Below, piece by piece: positions 20,825 through 30,648 of a DNA stretch of 64,000 nt. The DNA is taken from positions 112,193 to 176,192 of the IMG/VR virus record IMGVR_UViG_3300027782_003601. One strand, given 5' to 3'. A model generated the notes under the pieces. The model was not told the origin of the DNA. It searched no databases and worked only from the letters and a program-made list of their open reading frames with translations. Source of the DNA: a virus. Position 1 is the first letter of the stretch, and each line of letters starts with the position of its first letter. The position numbers and the translations under genes are program-made.

Positions 20825-23800
20825 ATGGCTCAAAGCATTATACTAAAGCGTTCAGCGCTTCAGGGGAAAGTTCCTACCACATCCTCACTTAGTTTAGGTG
20901 AAATAGCAATTAATACTTACGATGGTAAGCTATATTTAAATCGCTCTGGGTCAATACAATCTATACAAGAGATAATAACAACAAACGTAGTTAATACGGG
21001 TTCAATTACCCTAACTCAAACGGGTTCATTTGGTGAATTAGTAGTTTCACAAGATGGAAATTTTCAAAGAGATTTATATGTAACAAGAGATGTAATTACA
21101 AATGGTAGTTTAGATATACTATACGATGTATCTGCATCCGTATTCTTAGGAGCAATTAGAGCAACCAATGGTGTAATATCGGGCTCATCACAAATAACTT
21201 CATTGGGATTTATTAGTTCATCACAAACGATAAATACAGGTTCATTAGCAACTACGGGTTCAAATTCATTTAAAGCAGACCAACAAATAACAGGTTCTTT
21301 AGGAGTAAGTGGTGATATAACTGTATTGGGTTCAGTTAATGCAAGACAATTCAATATTGGTATAATTTCATCATCCGTTTTATACACATCAGGTTCTACC
21401 AAATTTGGAGATACCGGAGATGATATAATGAGTGTAACAGGTTCTTTACAAGTTAGTGGTTCATTAACTGTAACAGGTAGTGTTACTGCAGCAAACGGAT
21501 TTACAGGTTCATTATTTGGTACTGCATCTAATCTTAGTAATAGTGCTACTATTAGGACCAGTACTGCTGGTGGTCATGGATTTGGTATATTAACTCCCGA
21601 CACTACTATATATTTAACAGTTGGTATAAATGGTGGTAATGCTATAGCAAGTTCAGGAAATGTATCCGGAATTAGAACAATACCAACTCAAACAGGTACA
21701 GGTGGTGTAGTTGGAATTTATTCAAATCCAATATTAAGTGGTACTCTTCCCAATTCATCATCACTTACTTCAATACAAGCGGGAGTTAGAGCAGCAAATG
21801 CAAGTGCTTCGTATGGTAGAGCTTTAGAAGTAATTAGTCCTACCATAAATGGCACTTCTTCAATTAACATAAATACGGGTTTATACATTAACGCTCAAAG
21901 TGCTTCGGGTGTAACAACGGGATACGGTATTTATCAATCATCATCATTAGATTTAAATTACTTTGCAGGAAATTTGGGATTAGGACCTAATAAGATGTTC
22001 CCTACTGCTCAATTAGATATTTCTGGTTCTGCAATAATAACCGGTTCATTAGTTGTAACAAATGGTATTACGGGTTCTTTATTTGGTACGGCATCTTATG
22101 CATTAAACGGAAGTTCAAATGCAATAATGTATCAGACAGCATCAGCGGCATCAACTTGGGTATTTAACCATTTCTTAGCAACTCCATATCCTGTTGTAAC
22201 TGTTTACGATAATAATAATAGTGTAATCATACCTCAATCTATTGTTTCAAATGATAGTAGTTCTTTAACAATAACTTTTTCATCAGCAAGAACGGGAGTA
22301 GCAGTAGCATCAAAAGGTGGTTATGTTGGTTCATCGGTAGGAACTGCAACTGTTGCAAACGCATTGACAACGGCAAGGTTAATAAATGGAACTTCATTTG
22401 ATGGTACTCAAAATATAACAATACCAAATTTAGTTTCAGGTTCAACTCAAATTAGTTTAGCAGGAACTTCGGATTATGGTAATTTGTTTGGAGGTATTGC
22501 ATCGGCAACTGCATCATTAAACACATACACAGGCTCAGTTTCAGACCCTAAATTTGGAATTTTGTCAGTCGTATCAGGAGCATTAAATCAATTTACTGCA
22601 TCAATAAACGGATGGAGTGGTTCAATAGCAACAACTGGTTCTAATTCATTTAGAGGAACACAACAAATAACTGGTTCATTATCGGTAAGTGCAGCTATTA
22701 CAGGTTCAAATGGTAAATTTACTACTGGTATTTCAGCAGGTCAATTATCAACACCAACTATATCCACAATATCTGCATCATCCGCAGGTGGAACTATACC
22801 TGCAGGAACTTATTATTATAAAGTAGCGGCATTAGATTACAATGGTACTCAAACACCTGGAAGTAGTGAAGTTTCAACTACAGTAACAGGTTCAACGAGT
22901 AATATATTTTTATCTTGGAGTCTTATACAAGGAGCAAGTTCATATAGAGTATATAGAAGTACTACATCAAATACATATGGTTCATATGTTGCAGTAAATA
23001 ATGGTGTTAATGGAACATTTACAGATACAAACCAAGCCGTAACATCTGGGAGTATAGCTACACTAAATGATACTGGGTATGGATTTTTTGATGCATCCAA
23101 ACTTAGAACAAACAATATTACATTAGTTAATAATGGCATTGGCCAATTGGCTACAATAACATTTGAAAAATCAACTGATGGTGCGGCAATCAACGTTGCA
23201 GAATACTCATCTGATTCCACAATGTTTGAATTTAAAACAACCGATAATCCAGATGGTACTGGTGACTTTTTTCATTGGTTTACAGGAGATTATCAAAACC
23301 CAAGTTCAGGATGGAAACCACTTAAACTAACAAATTTTACAAATCAATTTGTTGCACAAAATACAAACTTTTGGAGTTCATTTAATTTACCATCAAATAC
23401 AGGATATTATACTACAAATGCTGATACTTTAGCAAATGCTACAATAAAAGCAGACCCATATACAAGTAACTCATATAGTTTATTAAAAGATAGTGGTACA
23501 GGTACTGGGATATTGAACGTAGAAATAAGTGGATTTACGGGAACCAGTATGAGAACTTACTGGATAAGTATTGCATCATCGACAACATTTGATTGGGGAA
23601 TTAATTCTCAAACATATGGAACTACATTAGGAACGGGCGTTATAATAACGGGAGCATTCCAAACATTAGATAATGGTCTTCAAATTAAATTATCAGCAGG
23701 TGGACATGTTGCCGGAGATAGATGGGCATTTAGAGCATTCCCAACACCTAAATTTGTTATTGGTAAATCAACTACTGGTAATGCACCTTTTGATTTATTA

Positions 23801-26800
23801 GGTAATGGATTGATTACGGGTTCATTAGGAATAACGGGTTCATTAGTAGTAACGGGTTCAATCATCGCAACAAATGGCATTACGGGTTCAATCGCAGCAA
23901 CTAATGGTGTTGTAAGTGGTAGTTCACAAGTAATTGGAATATTAAGTTCATTAAACACATATACTGGTTCAAATGATACTAAGTTTTCTACATTAGCAAC
24001 TCTTACAGGTTCAATTGAAACTAAATTTACATCAATAGGGGCAAGTACTTCTTCATTGAATACCTATACTGCATCTACTGATACTAGATTTAGTGCATTA
24101 CAAGCATCAACTGCTTCATTAAATGTATATACTCAATCCAATGATACGGTAAATACTACGCAAAATAATAGATTAACTGCGTTAGAAACTGCAACGGGTT
24201 CAAACACAGTTGTATCTCAATCAATATTTTTTATAAACAATTACACTGGTTCCGCATTCTTATCTCAATCGGTTGTAAATGCTAGATTGACTGCATTAGA
24301 AATTGCATCGGCATCTTTGGAGGTATTTACTTCTTCACAAAATACTAAAAATTTAACTTTAGCAACTTATACAGGTTCTAATGATACAAAGTGGAGTAAC
24401 TTAGCAATTTACACTGCTTCGGTTGATACAAAATTTGGAGCTATCCAATCAACTACGAATTCATTAAACTTATTTACATCATCTATATTGACAGCATTAA
24501 CTGCAAGTGGTGTAAACTTGACTGCAAATGGTAATTTAACAGTTCAAGGTAACTTAACAATTGCAGGAACTCAAACAATTATAAACTCTACAACCGTTCA
24601 ATTGGGTGATAATATTATTGAATTAAACGGCTCAAGTGTTGCAAATGGTGGTATTTTTGTAAAAGACCCAACTGCACCAACTACTGGTACGGGTTCATTC
24701 TTATGGGATTCAACAAACGACTTTTGGAGAGCAGGATTAAGTGGTTCTGAAAGTAGAATATTGGTAGTAGGTTCAATGGGTGTAGTTTCAGGTTCTTCTC
24801 AAATTTCAATAGCAGGAACATCAGATTATAGTAGTTTGTTTGGTGGAATAGCATCGGCAACTGCATCACTAAATTTATTCACATCTTCGGCGGCATTAAG
24901 ATTAACAAACTTAGAAACTACTTCAGCAAGTGTAAATATTTCATTAAGTAACTTAAACTCATTTAGTGCATCCGAAAATACTAAAGCTAGTACATTATCA
25001 ACCTATACAGGTTCTATTGATACTAAATTTACAGCAGTAGCAGCGAGTACTGCATCACTAAATTTATTCACATCTTCGGTAGCATTAAGATTAACAAACT
25101 TAGAAAGTACTTCAGCATCTGTTAATATTTCCGTAAGTAATATAAATACTTATACCGCAAGTGTTAGTAATTCAATACAACAATTAAGTTTAAAAACCGG
25201 TTCATATGCAACAACAGGTTCAAACGCATTTATAGGAAATCAAACTATATCGGGTAGTTTAACAATTGGTTCAGCATCAGTAGCAACGGAAAATACATTA
25301 TTAGTAGGACCAGCTCCAGCAGGAGGAAATGGAGAAGGTGGGCAAATTTTATTAGCAGCAAGTGGTGGATTATATACATCCGCTTCAATGTTTGATACTT
25401 ACCAAAATAGATTTAGAGTATTAAGAGGAACTAATGCTGCAAGTGATGCTGAATTTTTAAATATAAATTTATCTACAGGTCAATTAGGATTAAATAAATA
25501 TACAGGTTCGGGAGCATTCCCTGGAGCTTCTACTGGATATTTGGCAGTAGATAATGCAGGAAATGTTATAACTGTAACACCAAGCTCAACCGATTTAACT
25601 CAATTAAATTCATTTTCTGCTTCAGCAGCAATACGATTAACAAACTTAGAAACTACAACTGCGAGTTTAAATATTTCAGTAACAAACTTAAATTCTTATT
25701 CAGCAAGTGTAAGTAATTCAATATTAAATTTAAACGCATTTAGTGCAAGTAATGCAAATACTTCTTTAAACACTTATACGGGCTCTATTTCAGACCCTAA
25801 GTTTGTTCAGATTGGAGCAAGTACTTCATCATTAAATGGGTTTACATCTTCTGCGGCATTAAGATTAACAAACTTAGAAACTACTTCAGCAAGTGTAAAT
25901 ATTTCGGTAAGTAACTTAAACACATATTCCGCATCAGTAAGTAATTCAATACAACAATTAAATACATTTACTGCTTCAGCAGCAATACGATTAACGAACT
26001 TAGAAACAACTTCGGCAAGTGTAAATATTTCAGTAAGTAATTTAAATACATATTCAGCTAGTGTAAGTAATTCAATTCAACAATTGAGTACATTCACTGC
26101 AAGTAATGCAAATACTTCTTTAAACACTTATACGGGTTCAGTATCAGACCCTAAGTTTATTCAAATAGGGGCAAGTACTTCATCATTAAATGCATTTACA
26201 TCTTCTGCGGCATTAAGATTAACAAATTTAGAAAGTACTTCAGCATCTGTTAATATTTCGGTTTCAAACCTAAATACATATTCAGCTAGTGTTAGTAACT
26301 CAATACAACAATTAAATACATTTACTGCATCAATTGCACCGAGATTAACAAATTTAGAAACTACTTCGGCAAGTGTAAATATTTCAGTAAGTAATATTAA
26401 TTCTTATACTGCAAGTGTAAGTAACTCAATACAACAATTAAGTTCAAAAACTGGTTCATACGCAACTACTGGTTCAAACTCATTTAACGGAAACCAAATA
26501 ATAACAGGTTCGTTAACTGTAACATCATTGACAACAATTGCAACATCACTTACAACAAATAGTTCATCTTTTGTTTTAACAAGTGGTAGTAATTTAATTA
26601 TACAAAATGCAGGATTAGCGGAAATAACAGGCTCATTAAGAGTTTCGGGTTCTACTACAATAACAGGTTCGGTAAGTGTAAGTGGTTCAGTAACTGCAAC
26701 ATCATTTACTGGCTCACTATTAGGTACTGCATCTTATGCATTAAATGGTTCATCTAATGCATTTTTATACCAAACTTCATCGGCAGCATCTGTATGGACA

Positions 26801-27391
26801 TTTAATCACTACTTACAAACAAGATATCCTATTATTCAAATTTATGATAATACTGATAGTGTAATTATACCGCAATCAATAACTGCAGTAGATACCAATA
26901 CAACAACTATTACATTCTCATCTGCAAGAACAGGAACGGCAGTAGCATCAAAAGGTGGATATGTGGGTTCGGTTGTAGCATCGGCAACAATCGCATCATC
27001 ATCAGTATCAGCATCGGTAGCAACTACTGCATCATACGCAATATCTGCATCGGCAGCAGCAACTACTTTTTCAATAGGAGCAAGTTCTACAACATATGGT
27101 TCTTATATTAATACAATTCAAGGAGCAAATACAATTATATCAACCCCAACGGGTTCTTATAGTGGGGCATTCTATAAATATGTTGCAACAAGTGGTTCAA
27201 ATGCGAGAGCAGGGGAAGTAATGGCAATTTGGAATAACACAACAACTCAATTTACTGATGTAACTACAAACGATATAGGTTCAACAACAATGGTAACATC
27301 ATCGGTAGCATTATCAGCAGGAAGTGCAGTATTAAGTTTTACAACTAATACTAACGGATGGAATATAAAAACTTTTGTAACATACTTATAA
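20825..27391 (+). CDS. Giant mosaic tail fibre protein (2188 aa)
   Basis: MAQSIILKRS...LGEIAINTYDGKLY (Mtd_N-like); FN3-like segment (YYYKVAALD...LSWS..GASSYRVYRS); long coiled-coil repeats. Confidence 0.8.
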   Translation: MAQSIILKRSALQGKVPTTSSLSLGEIAINTYDGKLYLNRSGSIQSIQEIITTNVVNTGSITLTQTGSFGELVVSQDGNFQRDLYVTRDVITNGSLDILYDVSASVFLGAIRATNGVISGSSQITSLGFISSSQTINTGSLATTGSNSFKADQQITGSLGVSGDITVLGSVNARQFNIGIISSSVLYTSGSTKFGDTGDDIMSVTGSLQVSGSLTVTGSVTAANGFTGSLFGTASNLSNSATIRTSTAGGHGFGILTPDTTIYLTVGINGGNAIASSGNVSGIRTIPTQTGTGGVVGIYSNPILSGTLPNSSSLTSIQAGVRAANASASYGRALEVISPTINGTSSININTGLYINAQSASGVTTGYGIYQSSSLDLNYFAGNLGLGPNKMFPTAQLDISGSAIITGSLVVTNGITGSLFGTASYALNGSSNAIMYQTASAASTWVFNHFLATPYPVVTVYDNNNSVIIPQSIVSNDSSSLTITFSSARTGVAVASKGGYVGSSVGTATVANALTTARLINGTSFDGTQNITIPNLVSGSTQISLAGTSDYGNLFGGIASATASLNTYTGSVSDPKFGILSVVSGALNQFTASINGWSGSIATTGSNSFRGTQQITGSLSVSAAITGSNGKFTTGISAGQLSTPTISTISASSAGGTIPAGTYYYKVAALDYNGTQTPGSSEVSTTVTGSTSNIFLSWSLIQGASSYRVYRSTTSNTYGSYVAVNNGVNGTFTDTNQAVTSGSIATLNDTGYGFFDASKLRTNNITLVNNGIGQLATITFEKSTDGAAINVAEYSSDSTMFEFKTTDNPDGTGDFFHWFTGDYQNPSSGWKPLKLTNFTNQFVAQNTNFWSSFNLPSNTGYYTTNADTLANATIKADPYTSNSYSLLKDSGTGTGILNVEISGFTGTSMRTYWISIASSTTFDWGINSQTYGTTLGTGVIITGAFQTLDNGLQIKLSAGGHVAGDRWAFRAFPTPKFVIGKSTTGNAPFDLLGNGLITGSLGITGSLVVTGSIIATNGITGSIAATNGVVSGSSQVIGILSSLNTYTGSNDTKFSTLATLTGSIETKFTSIGASTSSLNTYTASTDTRFSALQASTASLNVYTQSNDTVNTTQNNRLTALETATGSNTVVSQSIFFINNYTGSAFLSQSVVNARLTALEIASASLEVFTSSQNTKNLTLATYTGSNDTKWSNLAIYTASVDTKFGAIQSTTNSLNLFTSSILTALTASGVNLTANGNLTVQGNLTIAGTQTIINSTTVQLGDNIIELNGSSVANGGIFVKDPTAPTTGTGSFLWDSTNDFWRAGLSGSESRILVVGSMGVVSGSSQISIAGTSDYSSLFGGIASATASLNLFTSSAALRLTNLETTSASVNISLSNLNSFSASENTKASTLSTYTGSIDTKFTAVAASTASLNLFTSSVALRLTNLESTSASVNISVSNINTYTASVSNSIQQLSLKTGSYATTGSNAFIGNQTISGSLTIGSASVATENTLLVGPAPAGGNGEGGQILLAASGGLYTSASMFDTYQNRFRVLRGTNAASDAEFLNINLSTGQLGLNKYTGSGAFPGASTGYLAVDNAGNVITVTPSSTDLTQLNSFSASAAIRLTNLETTTASLNISVTNLNSYSASVSNSILNLNAFSASNANTSLNTYTGSISDPKFVQIGASTSSLNGFTSSAALRLTNLETTSASVNISVSNLNTYSASVSNSIQQLNTFTASAAIRLTNLETTSASVNISVSNLNTYSASVSNSIQQLSTFTASNANTSLNTYTGSVSDPKFIQIGASTSSLNAFTSSAALRLTNLESTSASVNISVSNLNTYSASVSNSIQQLNTFTASIAPRLTNLETTSASVNISVSNINSYTASVSNSIQQLSSKTGSYATTGSNSFNGNQIITGSLTVTSLTTIATSLTTNSSSFVLTSGSNLIIQNAGLAEITGSLRVSGSTTITGSVSVSGSVTATSFTGSLLGTASYALNGSSNAFLYQTSSAASVWTFNHYLQTRYPIIQIYDNTDSVIIPQSITAVDTNTTTITFSSARTGTAVASKGGYVGSVVASATIASSSVSASVATTASYAISASAAATTFSIGASSTTYGSYINTIQGANTIISTPTGSYSGAFYKYVATSGSNARAGEVMAIWNNTTTQFTDVTTNDIGSTTMVTSSVALSAGSAVLSFTTNTNGWNIKTFVTYL
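25585..26470 (+). repeat. Tandem in-frame coiled-coil repeat array (RLTNLETTSASVNISVSNLNTYSASVSNSIQQ)
   Basis: At least 5 imperfect copies here; the same units recur at ~31210-31900. Confidence 0.8.
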
Positions 27392-27430
27392 TAATAAACT
27401 AAAATACTATATTTATAATAAATAATTAAG

Positions 27431-27565
27431 ATGATAATAGATAGTCCAAATTTATCGGGTTCGGTAATAATAAGTGGTAGTATAAATATACAACTACCTG
27501 CAACTGGAAGTAATATTCCTACTACAAATACAATCCTTGCATTATCAATTGCATATGGTGGTTAA
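27431..27565 (+). CDS. Unannotated 44-aa adaptor peptide (MIIDSPNLSGS...LALSIAYGG)
   Basis: ATG 13 nt after ATATTTATA; open to TAA at 27563-27565; SGS motifs; below the ORF-track size cutoff. Confidence 0.65.
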   Translation: MIIDSPNLSGSVIISGSINIQLPATGSNIPTTNTILALSIAYGG

Positions 27566-27589
27566 AATAAAAATAAAATAAAAAAATAA

Positions 27590-28441
27590 ATGGCTAAGAA
27601 ACTAATTAGAACGTACACATTCACTCCGGCATCAAAGCAGATATCGTTTGATGGGTTTGTTAATTTAACCAATTTAGTATTAATTACCAACACCACTAGA
27701 AATACAATTATCTACAACTTTGCAGATGCTTCGTTGGGTGGTACATCTACATACAATGCAGCAACAAACAGAACAACTGTTACGTTGACATTTAACACAT
27801 CAACCGCAGGACATCTTGCAGCCGATAGTTTAATGATTTATGTAGATGATTTATTTAATACGTTCAGACCAGATGAAGCATATGCCGATGCTACCGATAA
27901 GTTAAGAGTTACAACTCCTCAGGCTTTAATTGATACGGACTTTGAATATGGTACTCAAATTTCTAAGTGGGAAAACTTAGGTATGACAAACAATAGACCA
28001 TTTGCATACGCAGTTCCAACTCAAATTCCAGGTGTTACTGCGATGAGTTTTCCAACGGGTTCTAGAATTGTAACGGCATCGTTATCGGCAGGAAATTTAG
28101 CACCGGCAAATGGTACTCCAATTACAATTCAAGATTCATTTTTAACATTAGCTAATGGTGTATATTTAATTGAAAGTGGTGGATTAACTCCTAACTTTAC
28201 ATATACTGCAAGAGGTACAAATACAACTGCAATAAGTGGTGTGTTTGACCCAAATAAAACAAATTTATTTAGAGGAACTACATATACATCAGCATCAATT
28301 GGTTTAGCACCAACAACATTTACTGCAACGGGTTCTTTAATAACTGTTCAAACTTCAGTTCCACATGGTTTACAAATTGGAAATGAAATTGCAATAACTG
28401 GTTCACAAGCATCTGCAAATCCACCAATGGTTCGTTTGTAG
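27590..28441 (+). CDS. Virion structural/fibre protein, N-terminal part of one ~1004-codon gene (27590..30604)
   Basis: Same frame as 28955..30604; interrupted only by TAG TAG at 28439-28444. Confidence 0.7.
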   Translation: MAKKLIRTYTFTPASKQISFDGFVNLTNLVLITNTTRNTIIYNFADASLGGTSTYNAATNRTTVTLTFNTSTAGHLAADSLMIYVDDLFNTFRPDEAYADATDKLRVTTPQALIDTDFEYGTQISKWENLGMTNNRPFAYAVPTQIPGVTAMSFPTGSRIVTASLSAGNLAPANGTPITIQDSFLTLANGVYLIESGGLTPNFTYTARGTNTTAISGVFDPNKTNLFRGTTYTSASIGLAPTTFTATGSLITVQTSVPHGLQIGNEIAITGSQASANPPMVRL

Positions 28442-28954
28442 TAGCAAACTGTTAAAGACCCAACAACTTTTTGTTATTATGCACCAGTTGCACCAACATC
28501 TTTATCGGGAACTATATCAAACATATTAATTTATGCAAGACCGCAAGCGGCATTCTTACATAGACCTTTTGATGGTGGAGTATTTTTTACATCAAATGGT
28601 TCTTCAAATTATGAACAAGCAATTAGACAAACAAGAAGATATTTCCGTTATCAATCAGGTAAAGGACTTCAAGTAAGTTCTGGTACAATTTTAAAACCAA
28701 ACTTACAAATTGATTCTTTAACTTCAATTGGTACAACTGTATACGTTCAAACAAAAGAACAACATAATATTCAACCTGGTACTCAAATAACTGTAACGGG
28801 TGCAAATGAATCAGCATATAATGGTACATTCAATGTAGCAAATATTACAGGATTTAATACATTTACTTATACTGCATTATCAACCCCATCATCAGCTACT
28901 GCATCTGGAATTTATTATATAAACCTTTCAAATTGGTACGGAGCAGTAAATAGA

Positions 28955-30604
28955 TTGGGTATGTTTGATGAACAGAATGGAGCATTCTTTGAATTCAATG
29001 GTCAAGAACTATTTGCAGTTAGAAGAAGTTCAACATTCCAATTGGCAGGTGAGGTAACGGTAACGCAAGGTTCTCAAACGGTAACACAAACTAGTGTATC
29101 TTTCCCAACAACTTTTTCTAGACAATTAAATATTGGTGATTATATAGTATTAAGAGGGCAATCATATAGAGTACAAGATATTGCATCGGATACATCAATG
29201 ACTATTACACCATCGTATAGAGGAATGACTTCACAATATGTACTTGCATCAAAAACAATAGATTACAAAGTTCCACAATCTCAATGGAATTTAGATAAAA
29301 TGGATGGTACAGGTCCTTCCGGATATAATATAGACCTTTCCAGAATGCAAATGTTCTTTATAGACTATACTTGGTATGGTGCAGGAACAATTCGTTGGGG
29401 ATTAAGAGGAACTGAAGGTAGAATTACTTATGTTCACAGAGCTCCACAAAATAACGTAAACCAAGAATCTTGGATGAGAACCGGTAACTTACCTGCTAGA
29501 TATGAATCTAATACAACTCCTCCTATTACGGCATTATCCGCTTCATTAGCAGTTGGTGGAACAACTTTATTTGTTAGTAGTAGTACAGGATTCCCGGTAA
29601 GTGGTACATTATTAATTAGAAACTCAAATCAATATGAGTATGTAAACTATACTGGAACTGGTTCAACTTCATTTACCGGATTAACAAGAGGGCAATCTGG
29701 TTCTGCGGCATTGGCATTAACAATAGCAGTTGGAGCAAATACAGGTTCTGTAACAGGTTCGGCAAACTTACAAGTAGGACAAAGAATTATTAGTTCTTCT
29801 GCATTCCCTGACGGAACATTTATTACAAATATTAATGGTACTACATTAACTCTTTCTCAGGCATCAACTGCAACAAACCCAATAGTGGTAGCAGCACCAA
29901 TGGGAGGACAAAACTTACCATTTACATATTCGGCAACTGCACCAACTTCGGTAGAATTGGCATATCCAACTTTTGCACCTTCAATATCACATTGGGGTAC
30001 ATCGGTAATTATGGATGGTAGATTTGATGATGATAAATCCTTACTATTTACCTACGGACAGATTGCATCATCATCACTTGCAGTTGGACAAACCAGAGCT
30101 CTATTCTCAATTAGAGTAGCACCTTCGGTAGATAATGGTATTCCTGCATCTTTTGGAGCTAGAGAATTAGTAAATAGAGTTCAGTTGGTATTAAGACAAT
30201 TGGGTGTAGCGGTTAACTATACACCTGGTTCAGCCGTTCCAAACATTTTGATTAGAGCAAATTTGAACGGAACACCAAATTCAGCTAGTTTATGGACAAA
30301 CGCAGTAGGTAATGATACGGGAAGTGTAAACTCATCATTGGCTCAAATTGCAGACCACGCTCGTAGTGTAGTGCAAGTAATTGGTGGTGAAACAACCGCA
30401 GGATTCTTTGTGGAAGGTACTTCAACTACGGATTTATCACTTGTAAGAGATTTGGGTAACTCAATCTTAGGTGGTGGACAATCAACGGCTGATAGAGGTA
30501 TTTTTCCAGACGGTCCAGATGTCATAACATTTACCGCTACTAACGTAGGATTAACTGCGGCAAACATATTTTGTCGTGTATCTTGGACAGAAGCACAAGC
30601 ATAA
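28955..30604 (+). CDS. Virion structural/fibre protein, C-terminal part (frame is open from 28445)
   Basis: 28445-28954 reads in frame as ...HRPFDGGV...RQTRRYFRYQSGKG...; ends SWTEAQA. Confidence 0.7.
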   Translation: MGMFDEQNGAFFEFNGQELFAVRRSSTFQLAGEVTVTQGSQTVTQTSVSFPTTFSRQLNIGDYIVLRGQSYRVQDIASDTSMTITPSYRGMTSQYVLASKTIDYKVPQSQWNLDKMDGTGPSGYNIDLSRMQMFFIDYTWYGAGTIRWGLRGTEGRITYVHRAPQNNVNQESWMRTGNLPARYESNTTPPITALSASLAVGGTTLFVSSSTGFPVSGTLLIRNSNQYEYVNYTGTGSTSFTGLTRGQSGSAALALTIAVGANTGSVTGSANLQVGQRIISSSAFPDGTFITNINGTTLTLSQASTATNPIVVAAPMGGQNLPFTYSATAPTSVELAYPTFAPSISHWGTSVIMDGRFDDDKSLLFTYGQIASSSLAVGQTRALFSIRVAPSVDNGIPASFGARELVNRVQLVLRQLGVAVNYTPGSAVPNILIRANLNGTPNSASLWTNAVGNDTGSVNSSLAQIADHARSVVQVIGGETTAGFFVEGTSTTDLSLVRDLGNSILGGGQSTADRGIFPDGPDVITFTATNVGLTAANIFCRVSWTEAQA

Positions 30605-30648
30605 CATAGTAAACTCCATTCGGGGATAGAGAACCGAATATATAACAT

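Noticed and set aside
28439-28444. Genome-wide amber (TAG) recoding as in some crAss-like or Lak phages
   Set aside because: No other gene is interrupted by TAG, and a two-indel correction gives a better protein sequence
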